A stretch of 64,000 nt of DNA from Anaeramoeba ignava BMAN. Lineage: Eukaryota > Protista > Anaeramoebae. Numbering within the stretch: position 1 is the stretch's first letter; each line of letters begins with the position of its first letter. Under the pieces are notes generated by a model. It was given only the letters and a program-made list of their open reading frames with translations. It made no database searches and was not told the origin of the DNA. A program made the position numbers and the translations under genes. This document shows positions 41,601 through 53,900 of the stretch, in pieces. The DNA lies in contig JAPDFW010000112.1 of NCBI GenBank assembly GCA_028826165.1, positions 120,996 through 184,995 of the forward strand, in the 5' to 3' direction.

Positions 41601-42856
41601 TATAAATAATTTTATAATTAATTTTATAATTAATTTTATAAATAATTTTATATTTAATTTTATATATAATTTTATAAATAATTTTATAATTAATTTTATA
41701 AATAATTTTATAAATAATTTTATAAATAATTTTATATTTAATTTTATAAATAATTTTATAAATAATTTTATAAATAATTTTATAATTAATTTAATAAATA
41801 ATTTTATAAATAATTTAGTAAATAATTTTCAAATCAAAAAAGTACCTAAAACAGTTTTCAATCCTTGTCTATTGAAAGAAAAAAAATTGTATAAATTAAT
41901 CATAATTTGAAAACAAAATTATAAAAATTACATTGAATCATATTTCGCAAATTTTGATGGAGGATATCCACGAGTTATATTACTATAATTTAAAAGAACA
42001 ATTTGATAAAGTTCACTTGCTCTTTTTGAAAACAATTCAATTTTAAATTCAGAAAAAATCAATTCAATCTTGATTTTGATTTTTGATTTTGATTTTGATT
42101 TTGATTTTGATTTTGATTTTAATTTTGATTTTGATTTTGAATTTAAATTTTAATTTTGATTTTGATTTTGATTTTGATTTTGATTTTGATTTTGATTTTG
42201 AATTTAATTTAAATTTTGATTTTGATTTTGATTTTCATTTTCATTTTGATTTTGATTTTGATTTTGATTTTGATTTTGATTTTAATTTTGATTTTGATTT
42301 TGATTTTGATTTTAATTTTGAATTTAAATTTTGATTTTGATTTTAAATTTTGATTTTAATTTTGAATTTTAATTTTGATTTTGATTTTGATTTTTGATTT
42401 TGATTTTGATTTTGATTTTAATTTTAATTTTGATTTTGATTTTGATTTTGATTTTGATTTTGATTTTAATTTATTGAAATTGGAAAAATTAGAATAATAC
42501 ATGTTCTTTTCCATGATTTATCATTCTTTGTAAATTTAATAAATTAGTCTTACGACAAATCTAAAGAATAAAAAAAGAGTTTTTAAAATTTAATCAAAGA
42601 AAAATTTTTCGCATTTTCATCAAATTTTTTTTTAATTTACAGAAACCATAAGAGAAGCTTTTCTTTTCCCAATCGTAAATATTTTATATTTTGTAACAAC
42701 TAAAATTCGATCTTCTATTCTATGATGTTTTCTATTATTTTTAATAATCCAATCATAAAAATCAAGCTTTGTTTTTTTTCCTAAAAGTGATTTCACTTTT
42801 TTTTTATCATCTTCTGATAAAATTTTATAATCCTTTTTTGGTTTATTTTCATCCAT
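38700..42856 (-). CDS. CARMIL/LRRC16-like protein (non-canonical PH domain plus LRR array, acidic N/E/D tail)
   Basis: EDRILVVTKYKIFTI (CARMIL PH-like), PDCGFSQTYKAM linker, VIKALKYNKHFTEL and RI-like LRRs. Introns include 42069..42500 and 40839..41845; apparent frameshift near 39420. Confidence 0.75.
40865..41830. repeat. 12-bp minisatellite (TTTTATAAATAA) filling a CARMIL-like intron
   Basis: A period-12 repeat is directly visible. Confidence 0.9.
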
Positions 42857-43188
42857 TTTAAATTTTTATTTTAAAATAAAAAAAAAAATGAAAAAAAAAA
42901 AAAAGAAAAAAAAAATATTTATACGTGTAATTATTTTTAATATTATTTAATATATATTTGAAAAAATATTAAATATAGAAAAATAAATAATATTAAATTA
43001 AAAGAAAAAAAGTTGACCCTTTTCTGATTAATACTGACACAGCAAATGTGTATAAAAGAAAAAAAAATTTATTTTCCATTTTCATTCTTTTTTTCATTTT
43101 TGGATTTACTGTTTTTTTTTTAGTCTTTTACTTCTAAGTTTTTTTTTTTAATTTAGTGAAGATCAATTTATTCAAACAATAAAAAAAA

Positions 43189-44775
43189 ATGGAAACAACA
43201 AGTTCGGATTATGAAATGCAAATTGAAAAGGAAATAGAAATGGTTCAAGTTAAAGATCTGGAAAATCCAAATCAGCAAAAGATCAACAAGCAAAACAAAG
43301 CAAGTCAAAACAAGAAGAAAGATCAACAAAAATTAGACTCCATAGCCCAAGGAAATCAAACTCCACATCCACAAGGGAATGCAAATGGAAATTCACAAAA
43401 AAAACCTAGTTGGATTAAATTTGTTCCAAACGCTCTTTTTGCAACAGGTAAACTTTAAAATAAAATAAAAAATATTTGAAAATTGTTTTTTGGATTGTTG
43501 AATAAAAAAATTGCATTACTCATCCTAATTTTCCAATTTTCAATAAATAATGAACAATTTTTTTTGCCTATTCAAAAAAAAATTTTTTTCTAAATCTTTC
43601 TCTTAATTTAAAAAAAATTATTAGTTATGGGAACTGGAGGAAATATTCTTGTTTGGAAAAAAGCAGAACCAGCACTTAATGTTTCACCAACTATTTGGAA
43701 AGTAATTTTTTGGATTACTTTTGGTCAAGCAATTTTGATAGCTTTGATTTATCTTGCTAAAATGATTCGATATCCAGAAGCTGTTATAATGGAAATTAAG
43801 AACCAGATCAGAATCAATTTCTTTCCAGCAGTTAATATCATTTTGCTGATTTTTTCAATTGCTCTTATTCCTGAACATAAAACACTTGCTGAATCTTTTA
43901 ATGTGGATTGGAGCTTCTCTTCAACTCTTGATGTCAGTTTTTATTCTTAGATCATGGTTTACTAAAGATTTTGATTTAAATCTTTTTAATCCAACAGGTT
44001 TGATTATTTTTTTTAAATATTTTTGAATAATTTTTGATTTAAATCAAAATTAATCAATTAATCTTCTTCTTCTTCTTTTTATTTTTATTTTTATGATTTG
44101 ATAGCTTTTATTCCTATTGTGGCTCCTTTATTAGTTTCAATTCCAGCAGGGAAATTGGATTATAATGATATCGGATGGTTTTTTATGGCATTTGGATTGT
44201 TTTTTTGGATAATAATTATGACAAATCTTTTTTCAAGAATTGCTTTTCGAAAATCAATGTAAATATTTGGAAATAATAAATATTTTAATCAAAATTATTT
44301 TAATCAAAAATATTCCAAAATAATAAATAGGGATGCGAAATATTTTCCTTCTTTTTGGATAATTCTTGCTCCTCCTTCAATTGCTTTGATTGGTTATCTA
44401 TCTATAAATCCACCACATTATTGGGATCATTTTTGTGATTTTCTATTTTACACATCCTTTTTTCATTTCATCATTTTATTATCATTAACTGATTATATTT
44501 TTAAATCACCTCCTTGTTTAACTTTTATTGCAATTACTTTCCCATTAGATGCATTTGCAATAGCATCATTAGAATATCATTTGCATATGGATAACATTCA
44601 CACAAAAAGATTTGGTTGGATTATTACTATATTTTCTACTGTTTGTCTTGGTTTGGTTTTGGGATTAATTTTGGTTATCATGTTTCAAGGAAAATTATTT
44701 GTTCCAGAAAATAAGAAAATGCAATGTTGGTGGTGGAAAACAAAATCAAAAAGAGATAAAAAAACAATAAACTGA
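43189..44775 (+). CDS. TDT/SLAC1 (TehA-like) anion channel or transporter, copy 1
   Basis: FATVMGTGG, NFFPAVNI, FWIILAPPSI and TFPLDA motifs; introns 43448..43624, 43998..44104 and 44259..44330; apparent homopolymer frameshift near 43897. Confidence 0.8.
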
Positions 44776-44893
44776 ATTATTAAAGATAAAAAAAGAAAAA
44801 TTTTTCTTTCAATTTAATTCAATTCAATTTAATTCAATTCAATTTAATTCAATTTCTTTTTCTTTTTCTTTTTCTTTTTCTTTTTCTTTTTGG

Positions 44894-45312
44894 TTTGATC
44901 CAAATAAATGATTAATAAAGAAAATGATTTTTAATTTAAAAAGAAAAAAATTTTTTCAAATAAGTGATTTAAAGAAAGTTTTAAATTTTAAATTTTAAAA
45001 AAGGAAAAGAAATTTTTTTGATCCAAATAAATGATTAATAAAGAAAAGAATTTTAATTTTGAAATTGTTTTAGTTTTAAATTTTAAATTTAAAAAAGAAA
45101 AGAAATTTTTTTGATCCAAATAAATGATTAATAAAGAAAAATATTTCAATTTTGAAATTGTTTTAGTTTTAAATTTTAAAAGGAAAAGAAATTTTTTTGA
45201 TCCAAATAAATGATTAATAAAGAAAAATATTTTAATTTTTAAATTGTTTTAGTTTTGAATTTAAAAAGGAAAAGAAATTTTTTTGATCCAAATAAATGAT
45301 TAATAAAGAAAA
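44894..45312. repeat. Five-copy tandem repeat with core TTTGATCCAAATAAATGATTAATAAAGAAAA
   Basis: Cores at ~44894, 45017, 45110, 45195 and 45281; the intervening sequences also resemble each other. Confidence 0.8.
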
Positions 45313-45547
45313 AATATGAGATGGAATAATTTTTTAATTCCAAATATTTATTGAAAATTAGAGGGATCTTTTTTTCTTTTATTTAATTTTTTTTTTCTTG
45401 TTTTCTTTTTAGATTTTCTTTTTAAAAAAAAAATGATGAATCATGTTTAGCAAAAAAAAATTAATAAAAGAAAAATAATTTTTTAATTTTGATCCTTTCA
45501 TTTTTTGATTTCTTTTAAAAAAAAAACAAATAATTTAATAATTTAAA

Positions 45548-48532
45548 ATGGAATCAACAAGTTCTGATTATGAATATAAAATTGAATATGAATTACAAGA
45601 TTTTTCAAAAAAAAATCAAGAAAAACCAAAAGAAAAACCACAAGATCTAGAAAAACCACAACAACAACAACAAGAAAAACAACCGGAACAAGGAAAACAA
45701 CTGGAACAAGGAAAAAAACCAAGTTGGATTAAATTTGCTTCCATTTTAAAATTTTTTAATTTTTTTAAACAGGTAAAATAAAACAAAAATAAAACAAAAT
45801 AAAAATTTGATGAAATGAAAATAATTTTTAAAAACATAATTTAAAACAATTCCAATTAAAATTATTAATTAATTTAATTTAAAAAATTGATTATTTCTTT
45901 AATTTAATTTTTTAATTAAAATTATAAACAAATTTAAAATAGATTTAATTTATAATTAAATTTGAAAATAAATTTTAAAAATATAATTTAAAAACAATTC
46001 CATTTAAAATTATTAATTAATTTAATTTAAAAATTGATTATTTATTTGATTTAATTTTTAATTAAAATTATAAACAAATTTAAAATAGATTTAATTTATA
46101 ATTAAATTTGAAAATAATTTTTAAAAACATAATTTTAAAACAATTCCATTTAAAATTATTAATTAATTTAATTTAAAAAATTGATTATTTATTTAATTTA
46201 ATTTTTAATTAAAATTATAAATAAATTTAAAATAGATTTAATTTATAATTAAATTTGAAAATAATTTCTAAAAATATAATTTAAAACAATTCCAATTTAA
46301 AATTATTAATTAATTTAATTTGAAAAAATTGATTATTTATTTAATTTAATTTTTTAATTAAAATTATAAATAAATTTAAAATAGATTTAATTTATAATTA
46401 AATTTGAAAATAATTTCTAAATATATAATTTAAAATAATTCCATTTTAAATTATTAATTAATTTAATTTAAAAAATTGATTATTTATTTGATTTAATTTT
46501 TTAATTAAAATTATAAATAAATTTAGAATAGATTTAATTTATAATTAAATTTGAAAATAATTTTTAAAAACATAATTTAAAAATAATTCCAATTAAAATT
46601 ATTAATTAATTTAATTTAAAAAATTGATTATTTATTTAATTTAATTTTTTAATTAAAATTATAAACAAATTTAAAATAGATTTAATTTATAATTAAATTT
46701 GAAAATAATTTTTAAAAACATAATTTAAAACAATTCCATTTTAAATTATTAATTAATTTAATTGAAAAATTGATTATTTATTTAATTTAATTTTTTAATT
46801 AAAATTATAAATAAATTTAAAATAGATTTAATTTATAATTAAATTTGAAAATAATTTCTAAAATATAATTTAAAACAATTCCATTTAAAATTATTAATTA
46901 ATTTAATTTAAAAAATTATTAGTTATGGGAACTGGAGGAAATATGATTGTTTGGAAAAAGCAGAACCAAAAGCACTTGATGTTTCACCAACTATTTGGAA
47001 AGTAATTTTTTGGATTGTTTTTGGTCAAGCAATTTTGATAGCTTTGATTTATCTTGCTAAAATGATTCGATATCCAGAAGCTGTTATAATGGAATTTAAA
47101 AATAAAATTTTAGTTAATTTCTTTCCAGCAGTTAATATCATTTTGTTGCTTTTTTCAGTTGCTCTTATTCCTGAACATAAAACAACAGCCGAAGCTGTAA
47201 TGTGGATTGGAGCTTCTCTTCAACTCTTGATGTCATTATATAGTATTCGTTTATGGTTTACTAGAGATTTTGATTTAAATCTTTTTAATCCAACAGGTTT
47301 GATTATTTTTTTTGAATATTTTTGAATATTTTTGATTTAAATCAAAATTAATCAATTAATCTTCTTCTTCTTCTTCTTCTTTTTATTTTTATTTTTATAA
47401 TTTGATAGCTTTTATTCCTATTGTAGCTCCTTTGTTTATTTCTGCTCCATTAGGTCAATTAGGATATAAAAATTTAGGATGGTTTTTTATGTCATATGGA
47501 TTGTTTTTTTGGACAATAATGATTACAATTCTTTTTGCAAGAATAATTTTTTATAAACCAATGTATTTATTCTAAAATAATAAATATTTCTGAATATTAA
47601 ATATTTGAATAATAAATATTTAAATAATAAATATTTCAATAATAAATATTTGAATAATAAATATTTAAATAATAAATATTTGAATAATAAATATTTAAAT
47701 AATAAATATTTGAATAATAAATATTTAAATAATAAATATTTGAATAATAAATATTTAAATAATAAATATTTGAATAATAAATATTTGAATAATAAATATT
47801 TCAATAATAAATATTTGAATAATAAATATTTCAATAATAAATATTTAAATAATAAATATTTAAATAATAAATAATAAATATTTAAATAATAAATAATAAA
47901 TATTTAAATAATAAATATTTGAATAATAAATATTTCAATAATAAATATTTCAATATTAAATATTTAAATAATAAATATTTAAATAATAAATATCTAAATA
48001 ATAAATATTTCTAAATAATAAATATTTAAATAATAAATATTTGAATATTAAATATTTGAATATTAAATATTTCAATAATAAATATTTCAAAATTAGAGAT
48101 CGAAAGTTTTATCCAGCTTTTTGGATCATAATTGCTCCTCCAGCAATTGGTTTAGTTTGCTATTTATCTTTAAATCCACCAAATCATTGGGATCATTTTT
48201 GTGATTTTCTATTTTACACAGCTGTTTTTCATTTCATAATTTTATTATCATTAACTGATTATATTTTTAGATGTCCACCTTGTTTAAACTATATTGCACT
48301 TACTTTCCCATTAGATGCAATTGCAATAGCAGCATTAGAATATCATTTGCATATGAAAAACACTCACACAAAAACATTTGCTTGGATTACTTTGATATTA
48401 GCTTCTGTAATTGTTGTTCTTGTTTTGATTTTGATTTTTATTCTTATTATAACAGGAAGATTTTTTGTTCCTGAAAATAAAATGTTACAAAGATGGTGGT
48501 GGCAATCTAAGGATAAAAAAGTTGAGAAATAA
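45548..48532 (+). CDS. TDT/SLAC1 (TehA-like) anion channel or transporter, copy 2
   Basis: Paralog of 43189-44775 with the same intron positions (45773..46922, 47297..47408, 47563..48096). Small apparent frameshifts at the end of exon 1 and the start of exon 2. Confidence 0.8.
45825..46915. repeat. ~147-bp tandem array (about 7.5 units) inside intron 1 of transporter copy 2
   Basis: AAAA[C/T]AATTCC recurs at ~45843, 45991, 46137, 46283, 46433, 46582, 46728 and 46872. Confidence 0.88.
47575..48090. repeat. 15-bp minisatellite (AATAAATATTT[G/A/C]AAT) inside intron 3 of transporter copy 2
   Basis: Period-15 repeat; it is the source of the spurious NNKYL/KYLLF ORFs. Confidence 0.9.
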
Positions 48533-48619
48533 TTCCAAAAAAAAAAATTTTTTGTTCCACTTTTTTTTTTAAATAAAAAATTATTTCAAAAGAAAAAATT
48601 TTTATCTTTTTTATTAAGT

Positions 48620-50695
48620 TTATTTTTCAAACAAAAATTCCTTTAAAAGTTCTAGTTTTTGTCTTAAATTAAATACAGGAAAATTTGGATCAAATGATAA
48701 ATTTTCAAGAAGAAAATGAAAATCTTCATTTTGAATTTCATTTTGAATTTGATTTTTATTTTTATTTTCATTTTGAATTTGAATTTGATTTTGAATTTGA
48801 TTTTCATTTTGAATTTGATTTTGATTTTGATTTTGATTTTCATTTTGATTTTCAATTTGATTTTGATTTTTATTTTGATTTTCAATTTGATTTTCAATTT
48901 GAATTTGATTTTGATTTTTATTTTCAATTTGATTTTCAATTTGAATTTCATTTTTAATTTGATTTTTATTTTGATTTTGATTTTGAATTTGAATTTCATT
49001 TTGATTTTGAATTTGATTTTCATTTTGATTTTGATTTTGATTTTTATTTTCAATTTGATTATTTTGATTTTGATTTTGAATTTGAATTTCATTTTCAATT
49101 TGATTTTGATTTTTAATTTGATTTTGGTTTTCAATTTGATTTTGAATTTGATTTTGATTTTGAATTTGATTTTGATTTTGATTTTCAATTTGAATTTGAA
49201 TTTGATTTTTATTTTCAATTTGATTTTCAATTTGAATTTCATTTTTAATTTGATTTTTATTTTGATTTTGATTTTGAATTTGATTTTCATTTTGATTTTG
49301 AATTTGATTTTCATTTTGATTTTGATTTTGATTTTTATTTTCAATTTGATTATTTTGATTTTGATTTTGAATTTGAATTTCATTTTCAATTTGATTTTTA
49401 ATTTGATTTTGATTTTGAATTTGATTTTCAATTTGAATTTCATTTTTAATTTGATTTTTAATTTGATTATTTTGATTTTCAATTTGATTTTTATATTCAA
49501 TTTTAAATTGATTTTGATTTTCATTTTGATTTTCAATTTTAAATTCATTTTGATTTTCAATTTTAAATTCATTTTCTAATTGATTTTCATTTTGGTTTTC
49601 ATTTTGATTTTCAATTTTAAATTGATTTTCATTTTGATTTTCAATTTTAAATTGATTTTGATTTTCAATTTTAAATTCATTTTCTAATTGATTTTGATTT
49701 TGATTCAATTTTAAAATTTCTTGCTTAAGAATATTCCAACTTTCTTCAAGATTTTTTGCAAACAAATCAAGAGTAAATTGAAGAACTTTAAATTGAGGAT
49801 CTTTTTCCCATAAATAAAGAACATAATTGATAGGTTTGAGATTTTTAAAGACAAGAAAATAATGATCAGGATATGAATTTTTTTTGAAACAAATTGAAGG
49901 AAAAATTCTTTGAGTTTTTTCTTGAGAATCAATAGATTCATGACCAATAAGAATTAAAAGGGACCAAATAGGAGGAGAAAGAAATGTATTTGGAGAATTT
50001 CGTGGAACACAAATATGCACTTCTGTGTCTGTATTTTGTGCGGATGTGATGCTGTTTTTTAATTCCAAAAGATCATTCTTGAAACTTTGAATAATTTCAT
50101 TTTCATAATCAAAAGGGGATTCATTTAATAAAGATGAATAAGTTGAATATTTTCTTCCTTCAAGTAAAGCTTCAACATATTTTTTTTCTTTTAATAATTT
50201 CTTGTATTTAATCTGATAAATCCTCGCTAATATTTCTGTTTCAATTGGCGTATTTTTGATTGAATCAATTGAAACACAAGAAATCAAACAATCCAATTCA
50301 AATTCCTTTTGAAAAATCACATTCATTAAATTTTTGAATATTTCGATATTGAAGTTAGTTTGCAAATTTGATAAAATTTCTTGAATATCTTCGTTATGAA
50401 TTGGTCTCGATCGAAAATGCCGAGAAATTATAGTGTTTGATATTATTCGATGCTTTATTAATTCAGATGCTTTCTTAGGCATTAATTTTCTTGCCTCTTC
50501 AAAATCCTTTTCTGCTTTTTTATTCTCATTTAATAAACAATAACAATATCCTCTATTATTATAAAATAATCCAATTGTTGATTTTTCTTCAATTGCTTGT
50601 GAAAGTAATTCTACAGCTTCTCTTAATTTTATTTCTGTTTGTGATTCTTGTGATAAAATAATACATGCTTTTTTATATTTTAAATAATATTCCAT
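48620..50695 (-). CDS. TPR-containing protein with a long N/Q/E/I low-complexity tract
   Basis: [48 protein letters not shown] is a typical TPR pair; intact 691-aa ORF. Confidence 0.75.
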   Translation of the reverse strand: MEYYLKYKKACIILSQESQTEIKLREAVELLSQAIEEKSTIGLFYNNRGYCYCLLNENKKAEKDFEEARKLMPKKASELIKHRIISNTIISRHFRSRPIHNEDIQEILSNLQTNFNIEIFKNLMNVIFQKEFELDCLISCVSIDSIKNTPIETEILARIYQIKYKKLLKEKKYVEALLEGRKYSTYSSLLNESPFDYENEIIQSFKNDLLELKNSITSAQNTDTEVHICVPRNSPNTFLSPPIWSLLILIGHESIDSQEKTQRIFPSICFKKNSYPDHYFLVFKNLKPINYVLYLWEKDPQFKVLQFTLDLFAKNLEESWNILKQEILKLNQNQNQLENEFKIENQNQFKIENQNENQFKIENQNENQNENQLENEFKIENQNEFKIENQNENQNQFKIEYKNQIENQNNQIKNQIKNEIQIENQIQNQNQIKNQIENEIQIQNQNQNNQIENKNQNQNQNENQIQNQNENQIQNQNQNKNQIKNEIQIENQIENKNQIQIQIENQNQNQIQNQNQIQNQIENQNQIKNQNQIENEIQIQNQNQNNQIENKNQNQNQNENQIQNQNEIQIQNQNQNKNQIKNEIQIENQIENKNQNQIQIENQIENQNKNQNQIENQNENQNQNQNQIQNENQIQNQIQIQNENKNKNQIQNEIQNEDFHFLLENLSFDPNFPVFNLRQKLELLKEFLFEK

Positions 50696-50903
50696 TTTTT
50701 TTATTATAAAAAATGAAAAATAAAAATGAAAAATAAATTTTTTTTTGTTGTTGTTTTTTATTTTGAAAAGAAATGAAAAAAATTTTGAAATTAAAACGGA
50801 AAATTAAATTTAAATTTAAATTGAAAATTAAAATGGAAATTGAAAAAAAAATTCCGTTTTAAATTTCTTTTGATTTGAATTAATTTTTTCTTTTGTTTTA
50901 AAG

Positions 50904-53900
50904 TTAATCTGGTGAAGACCAAACAATTAATGCAGTTCCTCTTTGATACCATGTTTGAATTGGAACATCTTTTGGTGTTGTTAAATCAAGTGAAAATAAT
51001 AACTCTTTTCTTGTATTATTCAAATAAACAGGTAAATTAATTAAATCACTTCCAACTTTTGATTTCACATTCAATTCATTTTCTTGATTAGGAACCCATC
51101 TTAATTGAACTCTGGGTAAAGGATTTGAAATATCACTTGAAATAGCCAAACAATTATTTTTCCAAATTGCTCCTTCAAGTGTAAAATCATCAACAAAAAA
51201 ACTTGTGTTTTTAAATTTGGATTGTGTAAACTTCCCAATTTCAATCTCTAATTTTAAGGTTTCTAAAGACCACATATTAGATTGAGCCGCAGATTGTCTT
51301 GTTGCTGTGATAAATGCCTCTGGTGAAAATAACCCACCAAGCCATATTCCATCAAGACAATAATTTTTGGATAAAATAATTTTTTGTAACTGTTTGATTC
51401 GTTTTGAAAAATCAACAATCCAAATTCCAACAGGAATATTAGCAACTGAATAAACTCTCCAAGAAGAAGGAATAGTTGCTTGAGTTAAATCACGAATCAA
51501 ACCTCTTAAGTAATTTGTGTGTTTCTGTTTTCCTTGACATAATAATAAAATCTTCTCAAGATCTTCTCGAACTTTATTCAATAATTTTTTCCCTATTATA
51601 ATTTCCCTATTGAAACATCTAAACAATGGGTCTTTAATACTACTTTCTGTTTTCTTCAATGAATCAAGTGATTTTGGTAAAATATCAATCCATTCTCTTG
51701 TTGATTTTTCAAGTTTTTTCATCCATGAAGGTCGACGATCTTCTTTTTTTTCTTTTTCAATATCTGATTTTTCTTCTTCATAAATATTTTCCATCTTCAA
51801 GAAATTTCCAAGTGTTTCTTTGCCTTGATTTGCTAATAAAAGAAGTTCTGCTTTAGCAGGTAATCCGAGCCAAGCAGGATTTTCATTTTTAGGTAATTTC
51901 TCAATCCAATCAGCAAAATGTTCCATTTTGGTTCCTTCTGGAATTTCAAGTGAAAATTTATCAAATCCATCTTCAGTAAGTGAATCATATTCAATCAATT
52001 TGAAATTCAATGAGTAACTTTTGGGAACAAATAGTTTTTCAAGCATTGAATCAAGAAGTCTTTGATCAAAATCATTATCAATTCTTCCACCATACATAAC
52101 TTGTCCCAAAATGGTTCTAATTGCAATCCAAGGAATTTTCTCAGGATCAACATTGGATCTTCCCTTTGCAACAGATCCAACCCAATAATCAATTGAATCA
52201 AGTGAACATCTTTGATCTGCTTCATTGAATTCATATATTTTTGACCATCCCAATGGAACATATCGAAGTCTTTCTTGAATAACAGCATGAAGCCAAGAGA
52301 GAATAAAATGCATTCTTGCTCTTTCAACTGGTGCTCTGTTGACTCTTTTACTTGATAGAAGTGAAAATGTGTGGGAAAGATTAGCTTTGATTCCTGGAGG
52401 TGCTTCAAACACAAAAATTTGGCACAATCTCAAGAAATTAACAGGTAATTTAGGATTAAATTCTGAAGTCATAAACAATCTAAATCCTGGTTCTGGATTG
52501 ATATTTCTGACTCTTTTTTCTATCTGATTCAACCATGGTGGTGCTAAATGGACATTCTTAATCAAAACCCAACTTCCAATCTTGGCTGCTGTTTCAATCG
52601 CTTGTTCAGCATGATGATAACTTTCTTGTGATCCAATTGCTATTGATTGTTTTTTCACTCCCAATTCATTCGCTAATTCATCTACTCTCGTACTAGGATC
52701 ATATCCTGGTTGTGTGCATAATAATAATGGTTCTCTTGCATTTGATTCTTTTTCAATAACATTTTTTAAGTTCAATTCTGGTATTGATTGGATATTGTAT
52801 CCAAATACTGTTTCAATAAGACTTGATGTTCCTGAAAGAACTCGATCAGGTCTGAAGAATTTCAATAATAATAACCGCTTAAGCATTTTCTTCACATTCA
52901 TCCAGTGAGCTTTTTCTTCTTCGCTTACAACTTCGGTTGATTTTGAGAACGAAAATCCAATTTGTTGTTGTTTTTGTTGTTTCCCAATTTTCAGGAATAT
53001 TTGATTCTGGATTTGCTGATTTGATAAAGTTCTTCCATTCACTTTGATTCTTTCTAATATGAGAAGGTAAATCTTTAAATGAAGGTAATTCTGAGATAAT
53101 TTGAAGGTATTTAATTTGAGAAGATGGAATAACTGATTCAGGAATATTATAATAAGAATTATCAATTTTATCTTGCAATTTGTTTGGAGAAAGAATTATA
53201 TCTGAACGTAATAATAGATTCATTTCTTCCTCATCAAAATCTTGTCCCATTTGTTTCAGATAAATTTGGGCAAGTCTCAATGCAAATGTTAGTCTGTCTT
53301 TGTGAAGTAATCCATATGAAACTCTTCTGTAAATCACCTTGAAAAGATCGTGTGTTAAAATTTTCAATCTTTCTTCATAATCTTGAACATTCATAATATT
53401 CTGATTCATTGTGTTAACAACATTGAAGAAAATTCCAAGGAAGAAATTTAATGAATATTGATACAAATAATGAATTGAACTGAGTTGTTCAAGTGTGAAA
53501 TAAATTCTACTTGAAGATAATGCAAATGGTTCATATTTGGCTGAAATTTTAGTGATATTTGCCAATGTTTGATCTGCTTGATTTGCCTTTTCTGCAACTT
53601 CTGCTGCTTCTGTTTTCAATCTTTCAAGTGAATTGAACACGGAATCATCATCCAAAATATTTCCTTCAACTTTATTCAAAGCATCAAGAAGTGATTTTTC
53701 CAAATTTCTCAATCTGACTTTGTATTCTCCTTGCAATTTCAAAATATCTGATCTTTGTTGATCAATATCAGGTCTTTCATTTCTTAAAATATGATTCAAA
53801 CATTGTGCTTGTAAACTCTCAAGTGTAACTGTGAAATTGCAGAATGTTACTCTTGAACATAAATCAGGTGTGAAATTGAATGAAGGATCTCTTGTTGTCA

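Noticed and set aside
44894-45312. CRISPR-like array of 31-bp repeats
   Set aside because: The spacers resemble each other, there are no cas genes, and the context is eukaryotic; it is a plain tandem repeat.
47523-47874. NNKYL / KYLLF repeat ORFs
   Set aside because: Translation of a 15-bp intronic minisatellite.
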